In this document: piece after piece, positions 34,527 through 47,700 of the stretch
How the letters are laid out: every line of letters begins with the position of its first letter
How positions within the stretch are numbered: position 1 is the first letter of the stretch
NCBI RefSeq assembly: GCF_009914755.1
Contig: NC_060926.1
From: the human T2T-CHM13v2.0 reference genome, Homo sapiens
Length of the DNA: 64,000 nt
Strand: one strand, 5' to 3'
The notes under the pieces: model-generated
What the model was told of the DNA's origin: nothing
Seen by the model: the letters and a program-made list of their open reading frames with translations, nothing else
The model's database searches: none
Program-made: the position numbers and the translations under genes

Positions 34527-37500
34527 TGCTTACTTCTATCCTAGACAATGATGTATAAAACAACTGTAGGTAGATTGCCCCCCTCCTATAGATTAATACA
34601 ACATGAGAAAATAACTCAATATTTAATATTGAACCTGAAGCCCAGAATTTTACACTGTTCTCTGCATTTCAGGGTATAAACTATTAATCCTAAAATCATT
34701 CTCTCTCCAAGTTGTTGTCAACAGGAGAACCAATATAAAGGGGCTCCAAGGGGCCAAAGAAGGTGTAATTTTAGAACCAAAAATAGATATAAAATTGATG
34801 TCTTACACTGCAATGAACTGAAACATATCAATTATCCCCAAAATCTACCCATTTGTAGATAACAATGAGGATAAAAACACGAGTCACCTTTAAAAGTTGC
34901 TAGGGCATCAATATTATTCTGAAAGTAAAGGAAAGAATCTTGCATTATTCTGATTCTTACATGAACTGTCATCAGTTGTAACCTTACAACTGATGAGGGA
35001 TAGCTATTCTTCTTTATAGAAAAGTTCCAGATAATAAATGAATAAAGAATGACACAATTAACAAATTATCATTTTGCAACCTCTGGAAAAAAAATTATCA
35101 AAGGCTGCTAAAACCATTAGGTGGATCAGGCTGGTCATCTCACAATGGAGACAACCAAACACGTGTCTCCCGATACAGTGCAACAAAAACTAACAGAACC
35201 CCATGTTGTCAAAATAAACCAACCAACCCATAAACTATCTGACCAAGCCTCTAGATCGAATTCCAGTTTACAGGAAAGAGACATAGGAACATCTTAAATA
35301 CTACTATGGGGAAGCAATCAGCAAGGTCAAGAGTGTGGGAAAATAAATAGGATAAAGTTTCTTCATCAAATAAATGGAAAGGGAAAAAAAAGATGAAGGA
35401 AAAACAATTACACATTAAGACATATCAAACAAATGCAATGTATGAACCTTATTTTGACTGTGATTCAAATGGAACAATTGTTAAAGACATTTAAGTCAAT
35501 TAGGGAGATTAGAGTTAATAATAAATTATTTTAAAATGTATGATATACTGTAGTTATTGTTTTGAAATAGAACCTCAGATATTATACTATAAAAAATGGA
35601 AGAATAAAATTTTTTCATGCATCTAACTTTAATATATTAGAATAAGCAACAGAGCTGCAAATTTGAACAAGTGTTTTAGATTTTTATAAAAAAATTAACA
35701 CCCCAAAACTATGCACTGAAATTCTTATACTTCAACCCAAAAGTGATTACTAGTCATCCTGCTAAAAATACATGTGTTGGTTATAAGCCTATCTTAAAAA
35801 ATGAAAACTTTTTTTTTTTTTTTTTGAAAGACAGCACAGACTGTTGCTACTGGGCATTTTCTGTGAATCTCAAATAACTAACACTAACAAAGGAACATAC
35901 TTTGGGGATGCAGATCTCAAGCCTTACAGGTAACTGTAATGGTTGTAACATTCACATCTTAAAATAAAATCTCCCAGGAAAATAATCTGGAATTAATTCC
36001 AACCAATTCTAATGAGAATTGAGAGAACTTATCTCTATCTCATGATTTCATATTCTTGATATGTGAGCTCAGTAAAATTACTTTAAAAATATGCAAATTC
36101 CATTTCCATAAGTCTTTTATACTATCAGCCTTGAGACTTGATTCATAAAGAAATATTTTTCTTTTTTTTGGACAGCCTTGCATCATGATCCATTCATAGG
36201 GAAGTGCAGAGTAGATTATTTCCATGAATAGTATGCAAAAAGAAAATTTATGAAATCCTTCAAGTTATTTTCAGTCTGGCATGGGTCTATTTGTTGTTAA
36301 CAATGTTGCCAGTCATACCACCACTAAAACTATGGGAAACTGGGGGTCACAAAAAGAAAATAACACAGGTAATTGCTAATTCCAATCAGAGGTGTATTAA
36401 AATATCAGATTTCAAGCTGAAGCTATGTTAGTCTATAATGCAGAATGCTGGCCCAGTGGTGATTATTTCCCACAACTGACCAGAATTCCTTCCCTAAGCA
36501 TCTATTAGGCTGCTTTCTTTACAACCTAAAGAAAGGTAGAGAAGCACATATCTAGATTGCTGTTCAATCATAGAGACATCTAAAAAGTCATTTATATCCG
36601 ATTTCTAAGCAAGCTGTGTAGAACCTATTTACTGCCATTTATACAGGCACTAAAGCACAACACAGCAGTTAAGAGCTGAACAAGAATCTGATCTGAAACT
36701 TACCTATGAAAAGATGACAGGACATGACAAAATCTTAACAATAAAACAAAAAACTATTATGATAAGTCTTAGATTTGTTGTGTTCCAAATTTTTGTGTCC
36801 ATTTCATAGGCATGTCTTATGAAGGGAGGATGCCTGGGCAGTAATAACAGAAATCAGGAGCTGAGCAGCTCCTGCGACTAAGAATACATGATAAATGAAG
36901 AAAGGTATTAGGCTAAAGATAGGTAAATCTACACATCTAGTACTGCAAAGTGGATCTTAGGGCTCCATTTGAATACATTAATTGGCTGTATATGTTCAGT
37001 ATCAATACCCCAAATGAGCAAAGGCCCAGAATTTGGGGTGGAAGACCAGAGTCTTTAAAAAAGAAATCTAGCCCAGTGTGTGTGCAATAATGTAAATCAA
37101 AATGAACACTGCAACAGATACCTTTGTTACATGGACATTTATTGTATTAGTAAGTTTTTTTGCTTGTTTTTGTTTTTTTCTTTTAAATAGCTATACCCAT
37201 GTAATTGGAGGGGGTGGTCAAACATAATCACTAACTTACAGTACATCTGCTTACAGTAGCAACATTACTTTTTAAAACACAAGCTGATTTAAATCTTTCC
37301 AATTACATAAAAGCTGGCAATAGAATCCCTCAGTTTCAGCTGAATAACTAGAATTATAAAAATTCAAAATAAAGTTTTAAAAAAATAATTTCTTTGACAA
37401 GATAGGGATTCATACACAGCCCCTGATATCCAAAGCCCTTCAAAACGTATTATCTACATGGATAAATACTTCCTGGAGAGGGAAAAAAGGTAATCACCAA

Positions 37501-38133
37501 TTTAATAATTTGGGGGTGGGAACAATTTTAATATACAAATATAAACAAAGTTCTCAATGCTCCAACTTCAGGGGTACAACAAGCCTAAAACATTTTTTTT
37601 CTTTAACATATCCAAAAAAGAAGTATATGGCCCAAGCCTATAAGCTTCCTTAAGTGACAAATACACTAAATTCAAATTCACTGAAATAATTATCTGGTAA
37701 AATGGCCAGGCATAGAAAGACCAAAGCAAAAACCAGTGTACTAACCTAGTTCAGTAGCTATGTAACTAATGTTTTTCTTATGGTGTGCAAATCTTTTGAT
37801 AGTGAAATTTCTCTTTCACTATTATGTTTATATAGTTGACTTTTCAGATGCTCTAAAACACACAAATCAAAAGCACAGACAAGAAAAAACACACCATTAT
37901 ATTTCATAAAAAAAACATAAGAAACAATAGGGGGGTCTTTACCTTATTGTACATTAGACCCTCACTTTGAATTTTCAGGAAAGTAGAACTTTTTCAAAAG
38001 ACTAATATCTAAAAGCAAAAGCAATTTGGCATGTTTTAACCAACATTAAATATTTTACATATATTATAAACACACACACAAACACACATACATGTATACA
38101 TACAAATAAAAAGGGTTTTGGTTTTTTTTTTAC

Positions 38134-38370
38134 CTAAATGCAAACTGGATGAGGATCCATGTGATGAAAGTGATGGCGGTGGCGTAAGTGAATGTCCTGG
38201 AGTTTGGCTTGGCAGAGGCATGCCTATTGGACTTGGAGAGGAGGAAAATCCCAGACTATTGTAAAATGGTTGCCCTATGGGTGCTAGGCTGCTACTAGAT
38301 CTTTTGTACAAGTCAGAGCTAGTAGATAGAGACTCTCTCCTTGTGGCACTACTACTTGCAGAACTGCCAA
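38134..38370 (-). CDS. PUM2: PUM2 237-nt symmetric, Ser-rich exon (V|[14 protein letters not shown]...SSSLHL)
   Basis: ttcag acceptor, weak TAG|GTAAAA donor, phase 1-1, so skippable in frame. Confidence 0.96.
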
Positions 38371-41300
38371 CTGAAGAAGAAATAAAAAAAACCCTAATTA
38401 CATACAGTGTTAACTGAATAAAATCTATCCCCAACTCTCGCTGGGCAATAACAGAAGTGATCACAATAATTATTTTTAGAAACATTTTGGAGAAGATAAT
38501 TACTGTGATAACTATATATACTAACTTATTAATCATAAAAGGGTATAAATGCACCCCAATAAAGAACCAAATACTTAACAGAGCAGTCATATGATTCATT
38601 ATTTCACACATATTTACCACTGACACATCTGATTACTGTGCTTTAATACCCTGGTATGATTTATAAACCCTGGAATTGCAAGTTGTCTGCATTAGGACAT
38701 GCTAGAGATTAAATTCCATTAAGTTTAAATTCTGATAGTATCCTAATCTCTGAAACCTGCTTCTTAGACTTTAACTCAATGCCAAGAAAAGATTATATGA
38801 ATAAATAATTAGTACATTTCCTTCACCATTCATATTTAATTTGTCATCTAGCTGTGTTCAAAACATAGCCCTTTAAGTCCATATTGGCCCGAATATTGAT
38901 CAGTTGTGAAATACAGTGAGCAGCTAACTCAACAGTATTTTTTACACTACGCATTCTCCCTTGTTCTTTAACTACATTACAAAGTAACTCGACTTTTCTA
39001 AAATTAATAGCTCTCACTGTTATCAAACCAAAGACATACTTTCACTTATCCCACAGGACTCTTCTACTCCTAAGATGCTAGTACTACTGCCTCCTGAGCC
39101 CCTTACTCAAGGCTGATCAGGTTTTTGTCATTTGATAATACACAATTTCTCTTACTTTACATCCCTTAATACAATGCATACCAAATTTTTACTTAATATC
39201 AAATGTAACTATTATCCTTCTAATCCTTTTTCCTTTTATAGTGCAGAAAATAAAGGCCATGTAGGCCCTGGTGAGCTATACATGCTCAGAAGAGCTAATC
39301 AAGATCTGGCTGTTAATCAACACCTGTCTGGATAATCAAATTCCACAGCATGCATCTCTAAGGGCTGTCCAAACTCTCAGTTCTCAAGTCTCACTTAAAG
39401 CCCATATATTCAAGTACGTTTCTTTCCTATTTCTAAGCACTAGCCTCTTTTAACTGAATAACTTTTACATCTAAGAAAATTTCAAACCACATTTCTGAAC
39501 CTGCCAAATACATTTTTAAATGACAAGCTCTATATTCGGACCAATATGGCAATGCTTTTCAAGGGATCTAAGTTTCTATTAAATCTTATTTAAGCACAAG
39601 TCATATATAAATAGGTCATACAGGGTATAAAGAAAAAAATTAAGGAGAGTACATCATGGGTAGACCAAGGTAAGAGTATAATACAGACGGAAAACTTAAT
39701 TACGTTGGTTTTGCCAAATTCAAAATTCTATAAAGGGGTAAAAAAACCAGGCTTATGCTACCACATTAGGCAAAAGATTATAATGCTATTCAACCTTTTA
39801 TACCAGCCAATGCAGTTTCTGAGACTGATCATGTTTTGTTGAAGATTTTACATTTTAAGATATCATAGTAAGAAAATACTAGGTGTCTATATGCATTTTT
39901 ATTGCAAAAGTGAATTATAAGCACATGTAATAAACAGTTATTCTTGAGTTGGTTTTGGTAAAACTGGCAATGTATGCTACATTAACTATGCTAATTTAAA
40001 AGGACACTGTCAAAGTGATTTTTCTAAAATATGGCTACATTTTAAATTCCTATTTATTTCAGAAAACAATTTAACTGACAATGAAAAGACAACAGCTCTA
40101 ATAAGAGCAGCATTATTCCCCTGACAAATAATCCAAGAAACCAGTTTTGACACATGCAATATTATTTTCCTCCAAAAAGGAAAAGTCAAGCCAAACATTT
40201 AAAAATAATTCAGAAATAACCTTAAATATAAAGAAGCTGGCTCTTTAAGTTTTACTATATGTCTAAATTATCTCCAACAGTATGACTATGAGATATGAAA
40301 CAAAGTGTACCTAAAATATCTAAGAGGGTAGACAGACTGCTAATCATTCATCGACTGTGAAAAAAGGCTAAATTATAAACTTTCAATTGTAACAACACTT
40401 TAAAAAATAACAGGTCATAGAAAAGATGATTTAAATTATATGTTACGATGTTTAGGCTTCTTGGCCAACTATATCATAAAATGGGGTATTTAACACTGTT
40501 AAACATTAATAATTTCATCATAGAGGTAAGAGAAGGACTGTGTATGTTACTTGTATATGTGTATACAGGCACACAACCATATTATGTTTTAGAGCTCATG
40601 TAAGTATGTAATTGCCATAATGTGAAAAGGCAGTGTGCAAACTTGTAAGAGTCCATATATATAGCACTTGAAAAAACTCCCACAAAATGCCCAAGAGGAG
40701 AGATACGATGGACTCTTTACTGGCATTCAGGGGTGGCAATCACTAATGCTCTCTAAAGCAAGGTAAAATGAAGCTCTTACAGATTGGAGTCAGAATTAAG
40801 TAAGCCATGCTTGTAAATAATGGAGGTGTGAAGGTTAGTTTTGGGGAAACAGGGCATCTGTAGTGGACAAAATGTTCATGTCAATCAATTCCTGAAAGGG
40901 GGAAAACAGCCTTAACTAAGAAACAAATGGAAATTTGAAAGAATTGAGTAGGGGCCTAGAAATCTGAACCAGACGATCAGTGACATACTACGTGAGAAAG
41001 GAAACATGGGGTTTAATCAATGCTCTCTTTTTTCTGAATTATTTAGGGCCTACAATTTATAATTTAAAAACTATTTCCACAAGTTTGTTTTTTATGTTAC
41101 TTGTTCTTCCAGTTTTCCTCAGAATATTTAGGATTCTTTGGAGAAAATGTCCCAATTGTGTTAGAAACAAGGAATGAGTCCTATGGGAGTGCGTGAGGTG
41201 GACAAAGAGATACACAACTCCAAAAGCAATGAAAAAACTCAAGTACAAAATTGAAAAGATTTAACAATCCCCATGTTCACTGGATTTTCCCTCAGAAATT

Positions 41301-42497
41301 CTTATGAGCAGTCTTCAGATAATTTTGTGTCAGTCCAATATGACATCCACTTATTGTATTTCATTACAATAAATGAAAAAAGATTCTGCCATCTGAAAGT
41401 TTGTGGCTGTTCTAGACCATCCTTCCTGTATATATGAATGATAAAAGTTCAGAAGACACTCCCTTAGAAAACTGGCAAGCATTGTTAATAATGCCTGGCA
41501 TGTGTTAGTTCTGCCATTTTCCACACCAGAAAAGAATATAATTTGATGTGGTAAGAAAAGAGATCAGAAACAGATATTAAGGACTGTAGCAAGTTATGTT
41601 ATAGAAACAGAAAATCTCTTGAGGTCCAAATAGTCCTATCCTCATGAAGTAAAAGCTGCCAGCTGCACCGATAGAACTGGGTCAGCTGTTTTTTCCCTAA
41701 TGTTTCCTGAGTACTGTGGAAACCTCACAGAAAACACCAAGTGTATCAACAAGAAGTCAACGTGGGCCTCTTCTGATTTCACTTAGTTCTTCCTCTACCA
41801 CAGGATCCAGGAACCAGTTTGAGTGGGTCAATTATTTAGTGAAGCTATTTAAAATTTTGATTTGTTAAGTGTTATATAAAGCTAAGATACATGAATAGAT
41901 ACCCTTTTAAGTGAATTTTTAGTGACAAAGGCTAACTTATTTAATCTAAAAGATAACCATACTGGTAGCTTCTTAGGGGATTCTGTGTAGAACATTTCAG
42001 TATTTATACATACACATATGTATTTTTTATATTAGGCCAAATTTAAAAACTGTAATAAACTACCAGCATTTAATAAGAATAAACCATCTAATAAGGACAC
42101 AAAGATAACTGCTTTAAAATACCAAAAATTTAAGACGGCAAAATATTTGCCTCCACAAACATTATGTAGTGAATGAAGATGAGCTAATAATTAGTGAATA
42201 ATATATTGACCCAAATAAACCCTACTAAAACAAAAATTACAGTAATCAATTCCTAGAGCCAGGGAAAAAGGAAATGTATTATATATGAGTAAAGAACAGG
42301 CTGCCTATAGTGAGTTAAACATTGGTGAGTGTTGAAAAGATTTGCAGGATTTTTTTTTCCTACAAATTAAACCAGTAGTCCAATACTTTATTCCTGTCCT
42401 TCCTATCCTACATGCTATTATTGCTTATTTTAATGTTAAACACACTCATATACCTCTTCCACTTAGCAGAGTACACTCATCGTAAAAACAAACTTAC

Positions 42498-42782
42498 CTG
42501 ATGAACCAAATCCACTGAGGGCTGAGCCTATAGCAGCACCCAAAGAGTTACCACTTCCAAAGCCAAGAGATGTACTTCCAGGTTGACCAGGTCCATGAGA
42601 AAATAAAGAACTACTCTGGGAGCTATTAGTCAAAGAACTGCTTCCATAAAATGAATTAGATTGCAGATTAGTGCTTGGCTGCTGTTGCTGCTGCTGTGGT
42701 GGCTGAGTGCCAATTGGCCGAAACAGACCATTTGTGCTGCCTGTAAGGCTACTTGCAGTTCCTCCAGCTGCTGCTGCTGCTG
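42498..42782 (-). CDS. PUM2: PUM2 exon ([13 protein letters not shown]...PPQQQQQQP...SGFGSS)
   Basis: 285 nt, tacag/gtaagt. Confidence 0.95.
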
Positions 42783-42893
42783 CTGTAAAATAAATTTCAG
42801 ATACTTCTTTAAACCACCCAGAAAATTCTGTATTTTAAAAATGGTATCTCAACACCAGAAAAATATTATCCTAAAAATGTCAGTTACACTTAC

Positions 42894-43037
42894 CAGCTTG
42901 TGCTGCTGCTGAACTAATTAAAACAGGTGTTGGAGCCATTAACCGAACTGGAGCTCCAAGGCCAGTCCTTGCTCCAGGGCCAACCACTAAGGCACCAGTC
43001 TGATCATAATAGGCAGTTGGAGCTAGTACTTGATAGC
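42894..43037 (-). CDS. PUM2: PUM2 exon (G|[21 protein letters not shown]...SAAAQA)
   Basis: 144 nt, tttag/gtaagt. Confidence 0.96.
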
Positions 43038-43909
43038 CTAAATAAAATAAAGGTTTACTAATGAAAGCACTTATTACAAAAACATGCATATTTGTTTTTC
43101 CCTGCATTTGTATTTTTTCAACTAGACAACACAGCTATTTGTACCATTACTATAAAATCCTTAGTTAATATATGCAAAGCAACACATTTGACAAGGTCTT
43201 ACTAAATATATGAAAAAGTAATAGACTGTCATTAAACATTTTTTCTCTAAATTTTACTCAGGGGCCACAAAATGAAGAGGTATTTTCCTTAATATAGAAA
43301 CTACAGGCTATGAAGGAAGGGCTGATATTAGAAAAAAAAAATCACCATTTAGCCCTTCGAAGAAGAAGGATTAAAAAAACTGGGAGTAGCGAGGTAGAAC
43401 ACTGTACGAAATGTTTACTGTGCAATTTCATTGAAGTTCAAAATCAAGTGCCTCATTACCAGCATTCCGTTAGATTTTCATTTGTAATCATCTCTTTAAA
43501 AACTTAAGCCAAACATTCTATTTGTGAAGATTCTCAAGCTAGAGTTTAATTAAAAATCACACAGGCTTTAGTTTTATTGTAGCCTTAAGCACAAGGTAGG
43601 TAATCTTCACAAATAGTGGAGAATAAAGTTAACTTCTTAGCAGCCTTTCTCAATGGAGATTCTCTGTTGAACCAAAAACACAGAAAATGATTTAAGTAAG
43701 TATTTTGTTAATTCTCCTAAGGATGGTATATAACAAGCATCACTCTGGAATCACAGGAGAGAAGTTAGCTATATACACTGTGGATACTTCAGAGCAGTAA
43801 TAAGGCTTTATTCTTTTCTGGAACTCAGTTTAGAAAGGCTGCCTTATAAAGCGACAAAAAACTGAGGCCCAATAACCTTACAACTATCAGCAAAACATGC
43901 ATTGGCAAC

Positions 43910-44168
43910 TTTTTTTTCCCTTAAAGAGTGCTGTCTTGCTCTGTTGTCTAGGCTGGAGCACAGTGGCATAATCATAGCTCACTGCTGCCTCAAACTCCTG
44001 GGCTTACATGATCCTCCCGCCTCAGCATCCTAAGTGGCTGGGACTACAGGTACATGCCACCAGGTCCGGATAATTTATTTTTATTTTCTACAGAAATAGG
44101 GCCTCACTATGTTGCCTAGCCTAGTCTTTAACTCCTGGGCCAGCGATCCTCCCGCCTCAGCCTCCCAA
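43910..44168 (-). mobile_element. Alu (AluJ-type)
   Basis: Diverged consensus. Confidence 0.88.
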
Positions 44169-44739
44169 CTGTGTCTGGTCCTTTAAGAAGTTTTTAAAAA
44201 CACAGACTATACTGAAATACATTCCAACATCAATTTTTAAGTCTTATTTTGTTAATACTATGCAGAAGTGAGAGTTACAGTAAAATTAGTGATAATGCAG
44301 CATGAACATTTTATTGCCTTTAAACACAGTAGGCTAAATTCAGCTCAAATATAATAAACAGTGCTCAGATAAACACTTCACCTGTAAGACACACATGCAT
44401 AGGTTGTTTTTAGTAAATACAGTAATTCTGATCAAGAATAAGCATTAGCACGCTGCTAATAAAATATCCACATTACTAGTAAATTTCAAACTGTACATAC
44501 CAGTCAATAGTCTTAACTGGTATGTGTGGTCTAGTCCTAAATCCAAGGCACACAGAAAACATTCTTGTTCAAAAACATTGTCATTTACTTAACATCTGAA
44601 TTTGAATTAAAAATAAAAGTAAATCCATTTGGACATTTGGCTATAAACACTCTACTGACAAATCAAACAGCACTTAACTGCTCCTTAACTAAATTTTGCG
44701 TATATAAATTCCCAGAGAGGAAATAACCCACAGTCAACT

Positions 44740-47700
44740 CAACTCTGAAGTCCTGTTCATTTACCTTCCAATCTTTCTCAAATCCATCCATTCTCTTGAT
44801 GGCTACTTTCCTGTCCAACCAGATTATATGGTCTGCCCTTGCTCTTTTGTCCCATGTCTGTAACACATTCTCCACAGAGACTGTGGTCTGAGATTGATAT
44901 AAAAAGATATCAATCCACACTCTTGCTCCAAACCTTCCAAAGGGTTTGAAATGAAAAGCAAAGCTCTGAATATGGCCCACAACATGATCTGGTTGGTTCC
45001 TGGCTGTCTTTCTAGTTTTACCTGGTACTCATGTACCTTTTACGTATTGGGAAAAATGGGGGTTCAAACTCCTCAGAGGCACCACGATTCCCCTCAGCAC
45101 AGGAGTTTGGTGCATTCTGTTCCTCTGTCACAGCATGATATTTTTTCCCACTCTCATTCTCTACTTAGCTTAATTTTTCATAAATTCATCCATTTGACAA
45201 ATATTTATCAAGTGGCTACCACATGCCAGCCACTATTCTAGGTACTGGGATAAAGCAGGGAAAAATAAGGAAAAATATCCTTAAAGGAGATCATTTTCTG
45301 CTTCAAGTGAGATAAATGAAAAATAAGTAAAAAGGTATGTTAGACAGTTTTACATATTAAAAGGAGAGAAAAATCAGACAGGGAAAGTGGATAGAAGTTA
45401 TTGGGCAGTGACAACAGTGTTAATAATTCAAAGCTGAGAATCATGAAGAATCTCCATAACAAGATGACATATGAGGAAAAATCTAAAGAAACTGGGAGAA
45501 CTAGTCAAGCAGATATCTGTAGGAAGGCATCTCCAAATAGAAGACACAGAAAGTAAGCCAGTACGACTGAAAGAGAGACGGAGCAAAGAGTAAGACAGGC
45601 AACAAGGGGCCAGATCCTTACAGGTCACTGTTAATAACTTGAGCTTTTACTCTGACTTCAGGCAGGAAACCATTAGAGTTTTGAGGAGAGGAGTGAATTA
45701 CTTCGACTTTTCTTACACCCAAGTTACTATGTAGAGAGAGGACTCCATAGGGGAGAAAAGAGGGACAAGAAGATGTGAGAAGCCAGATGGAAAGCTAATC
45801 CAGAGGAGAAGTAATGAGGACCAAGTCAAAATAGAAGTGACAGTAGAAAGGTAGTTGAATTCGGAGAACCCTAGAGATTTGCTGAAATTAGACGTGGGAT
45901 GTGAGGGAAAAAGTAGTCAAGGATTCCCCTTATTTTTTGGCCTAAGAATTATAAGAACAGAATTTCTATTTATGATAAAGATGGACATCATAATTTATCT
46001 AGTCAACATTTTCTAATTTACTAACATGAGATTGTTCCTAATAGCTAATGATTACTTTTCCTGTTATTGGTTATTTATGCCTTCTCTGTTTTGATGAGTC
46101 TCTGAGGTTATCAACATTATTGTCTTTTCAAAGAGGTGGTCAACTTCATTGTCTTCAAAGTAATTTCCGGGATAATTATTTTGTTTATTACTTTTCATTC
46201 ATATCAGCTCCTATTTTTATTATTTGCTTCCTTCTACATTCTTTGGTTTTATTCTCTCTCTTTTTTTTAGAGTTTCTGGATAAATGCTTAACTCATTCAT
46301 TTCCAGCCTAATTTTCTAATGTAATCATTAAAACCTATATATTCTCTATGCTATGTTTTTGTTCTAATCCACAAGTTTAAATATGCAGCATTTTCACTGT
46401 AATTCTGTTCAAAAGTTGCTAATTTCCATTCTTTTTGTCTATGGCCATACAACCCTGATCGTGCCTGATCTCATCTGAATTATCTTTTTGCTACTGAGAA
46501 AGTCTGTGACTGGTTAGATGAATGTATGAAGAGTGGGAAAAGGAAAAAAAAACGACGTAGGGAAGAATGAAGACAAGACATGGGGAATTGAAAAACAAAA
46601 ACAAAAAAACATGGTCCTCGTACTCAAGAATTATGCAATCTAGCACAGGAGGAAACACACCCCTTCTTAATTCTAAAATGCCATTTACTTTAACATATGA
46701 CATAGATCTAACAACTTCCCTTCAGAGAAACAAAACTCTCTAAGACATTTCCCATCTACGACCACATTAAAATAAGAGTTGTAGAATGGTGAAAATAAAC
46801 CACAAATAGCTAAATGAAATGCAAGGCACACAGAAGTACTAAAAGAAGATGCAAGTAATATACCAAAGAGAGCAGACAAGGGAGTAATTATCAATGAATG
46901 AGCACTGGGAAAGATTGAGGAAAGCTTCATGAAAGGGACCATATTAAAAGATGAGAAGGATAGTTAATCACAAAATGTTTATGGGCTGAAATTTTAAAAA
47001 GCAAGAACTATATACACCAATTTTGTTTAAAATTTATAAAGGGGTATTTTAAGCTAGAAAAAAAAAGAACATGAGCTAGGACTAGAGGCATAGAAGTGCA
47101 TGGTATGTTTGGGTAACAGTATATGGTCTAGTGCATTAAAGCACAGGACTATGAAGGAAGTTGAGAGATTTGGTAGGCCCATAATCTCAGCACTTTGGGA
47201 GGCCAAGGCAGGAAAATTGCTTGAGGCCAGGAGTTCAAGACCAGTCTCGCAACACAGACACTGTCTCCATAAAAATAAAAATGACCATGAGACAGAATGG
47301 TAGAGAATTGGCAAGTTATTGGATGTGGAGGCACAGAAGAAAACCAATAGTTAAAGGTAACTTTGAAGTTGCAGCCAAGAGTTTCTAGTTCTAGAGAAAG
47401 TAAAGTGAAACAAGGTAAACAGTAGACAGGAAAATTTGGAAATGTGAGTTCATTTTCTGACATTTTCAATTTGAGGAGTGCCTGCAACATAAAAGTAGAA
47501 ATGTCTGGTATAAGGACAGACATGTATTAGGTGTTCAGAAAAGAATCCAAGATGCAGATGTAAATTCACAGGGATAATAGTTGAAAGGATTAATGCAAAT
47601 ATACTCTCCTGAGGAATAAGTCTAAAGTATCTCCACTTTTCCTATCTGAAACGAAAATTCAAAAAGGAAAATAACTTGGGCACGGTTAAACAATAGCTAT

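Noticed and set aside
38371-38626. 85-codon open frame extending upstream of the 237-nt exon
   Set aside because: Low-complexity Ile/Val/Phe-rich translation of AT-rich intron; a strong canonical acceptor exists at 38370 and I saw no convincing in-frame upstream acceptor or start context
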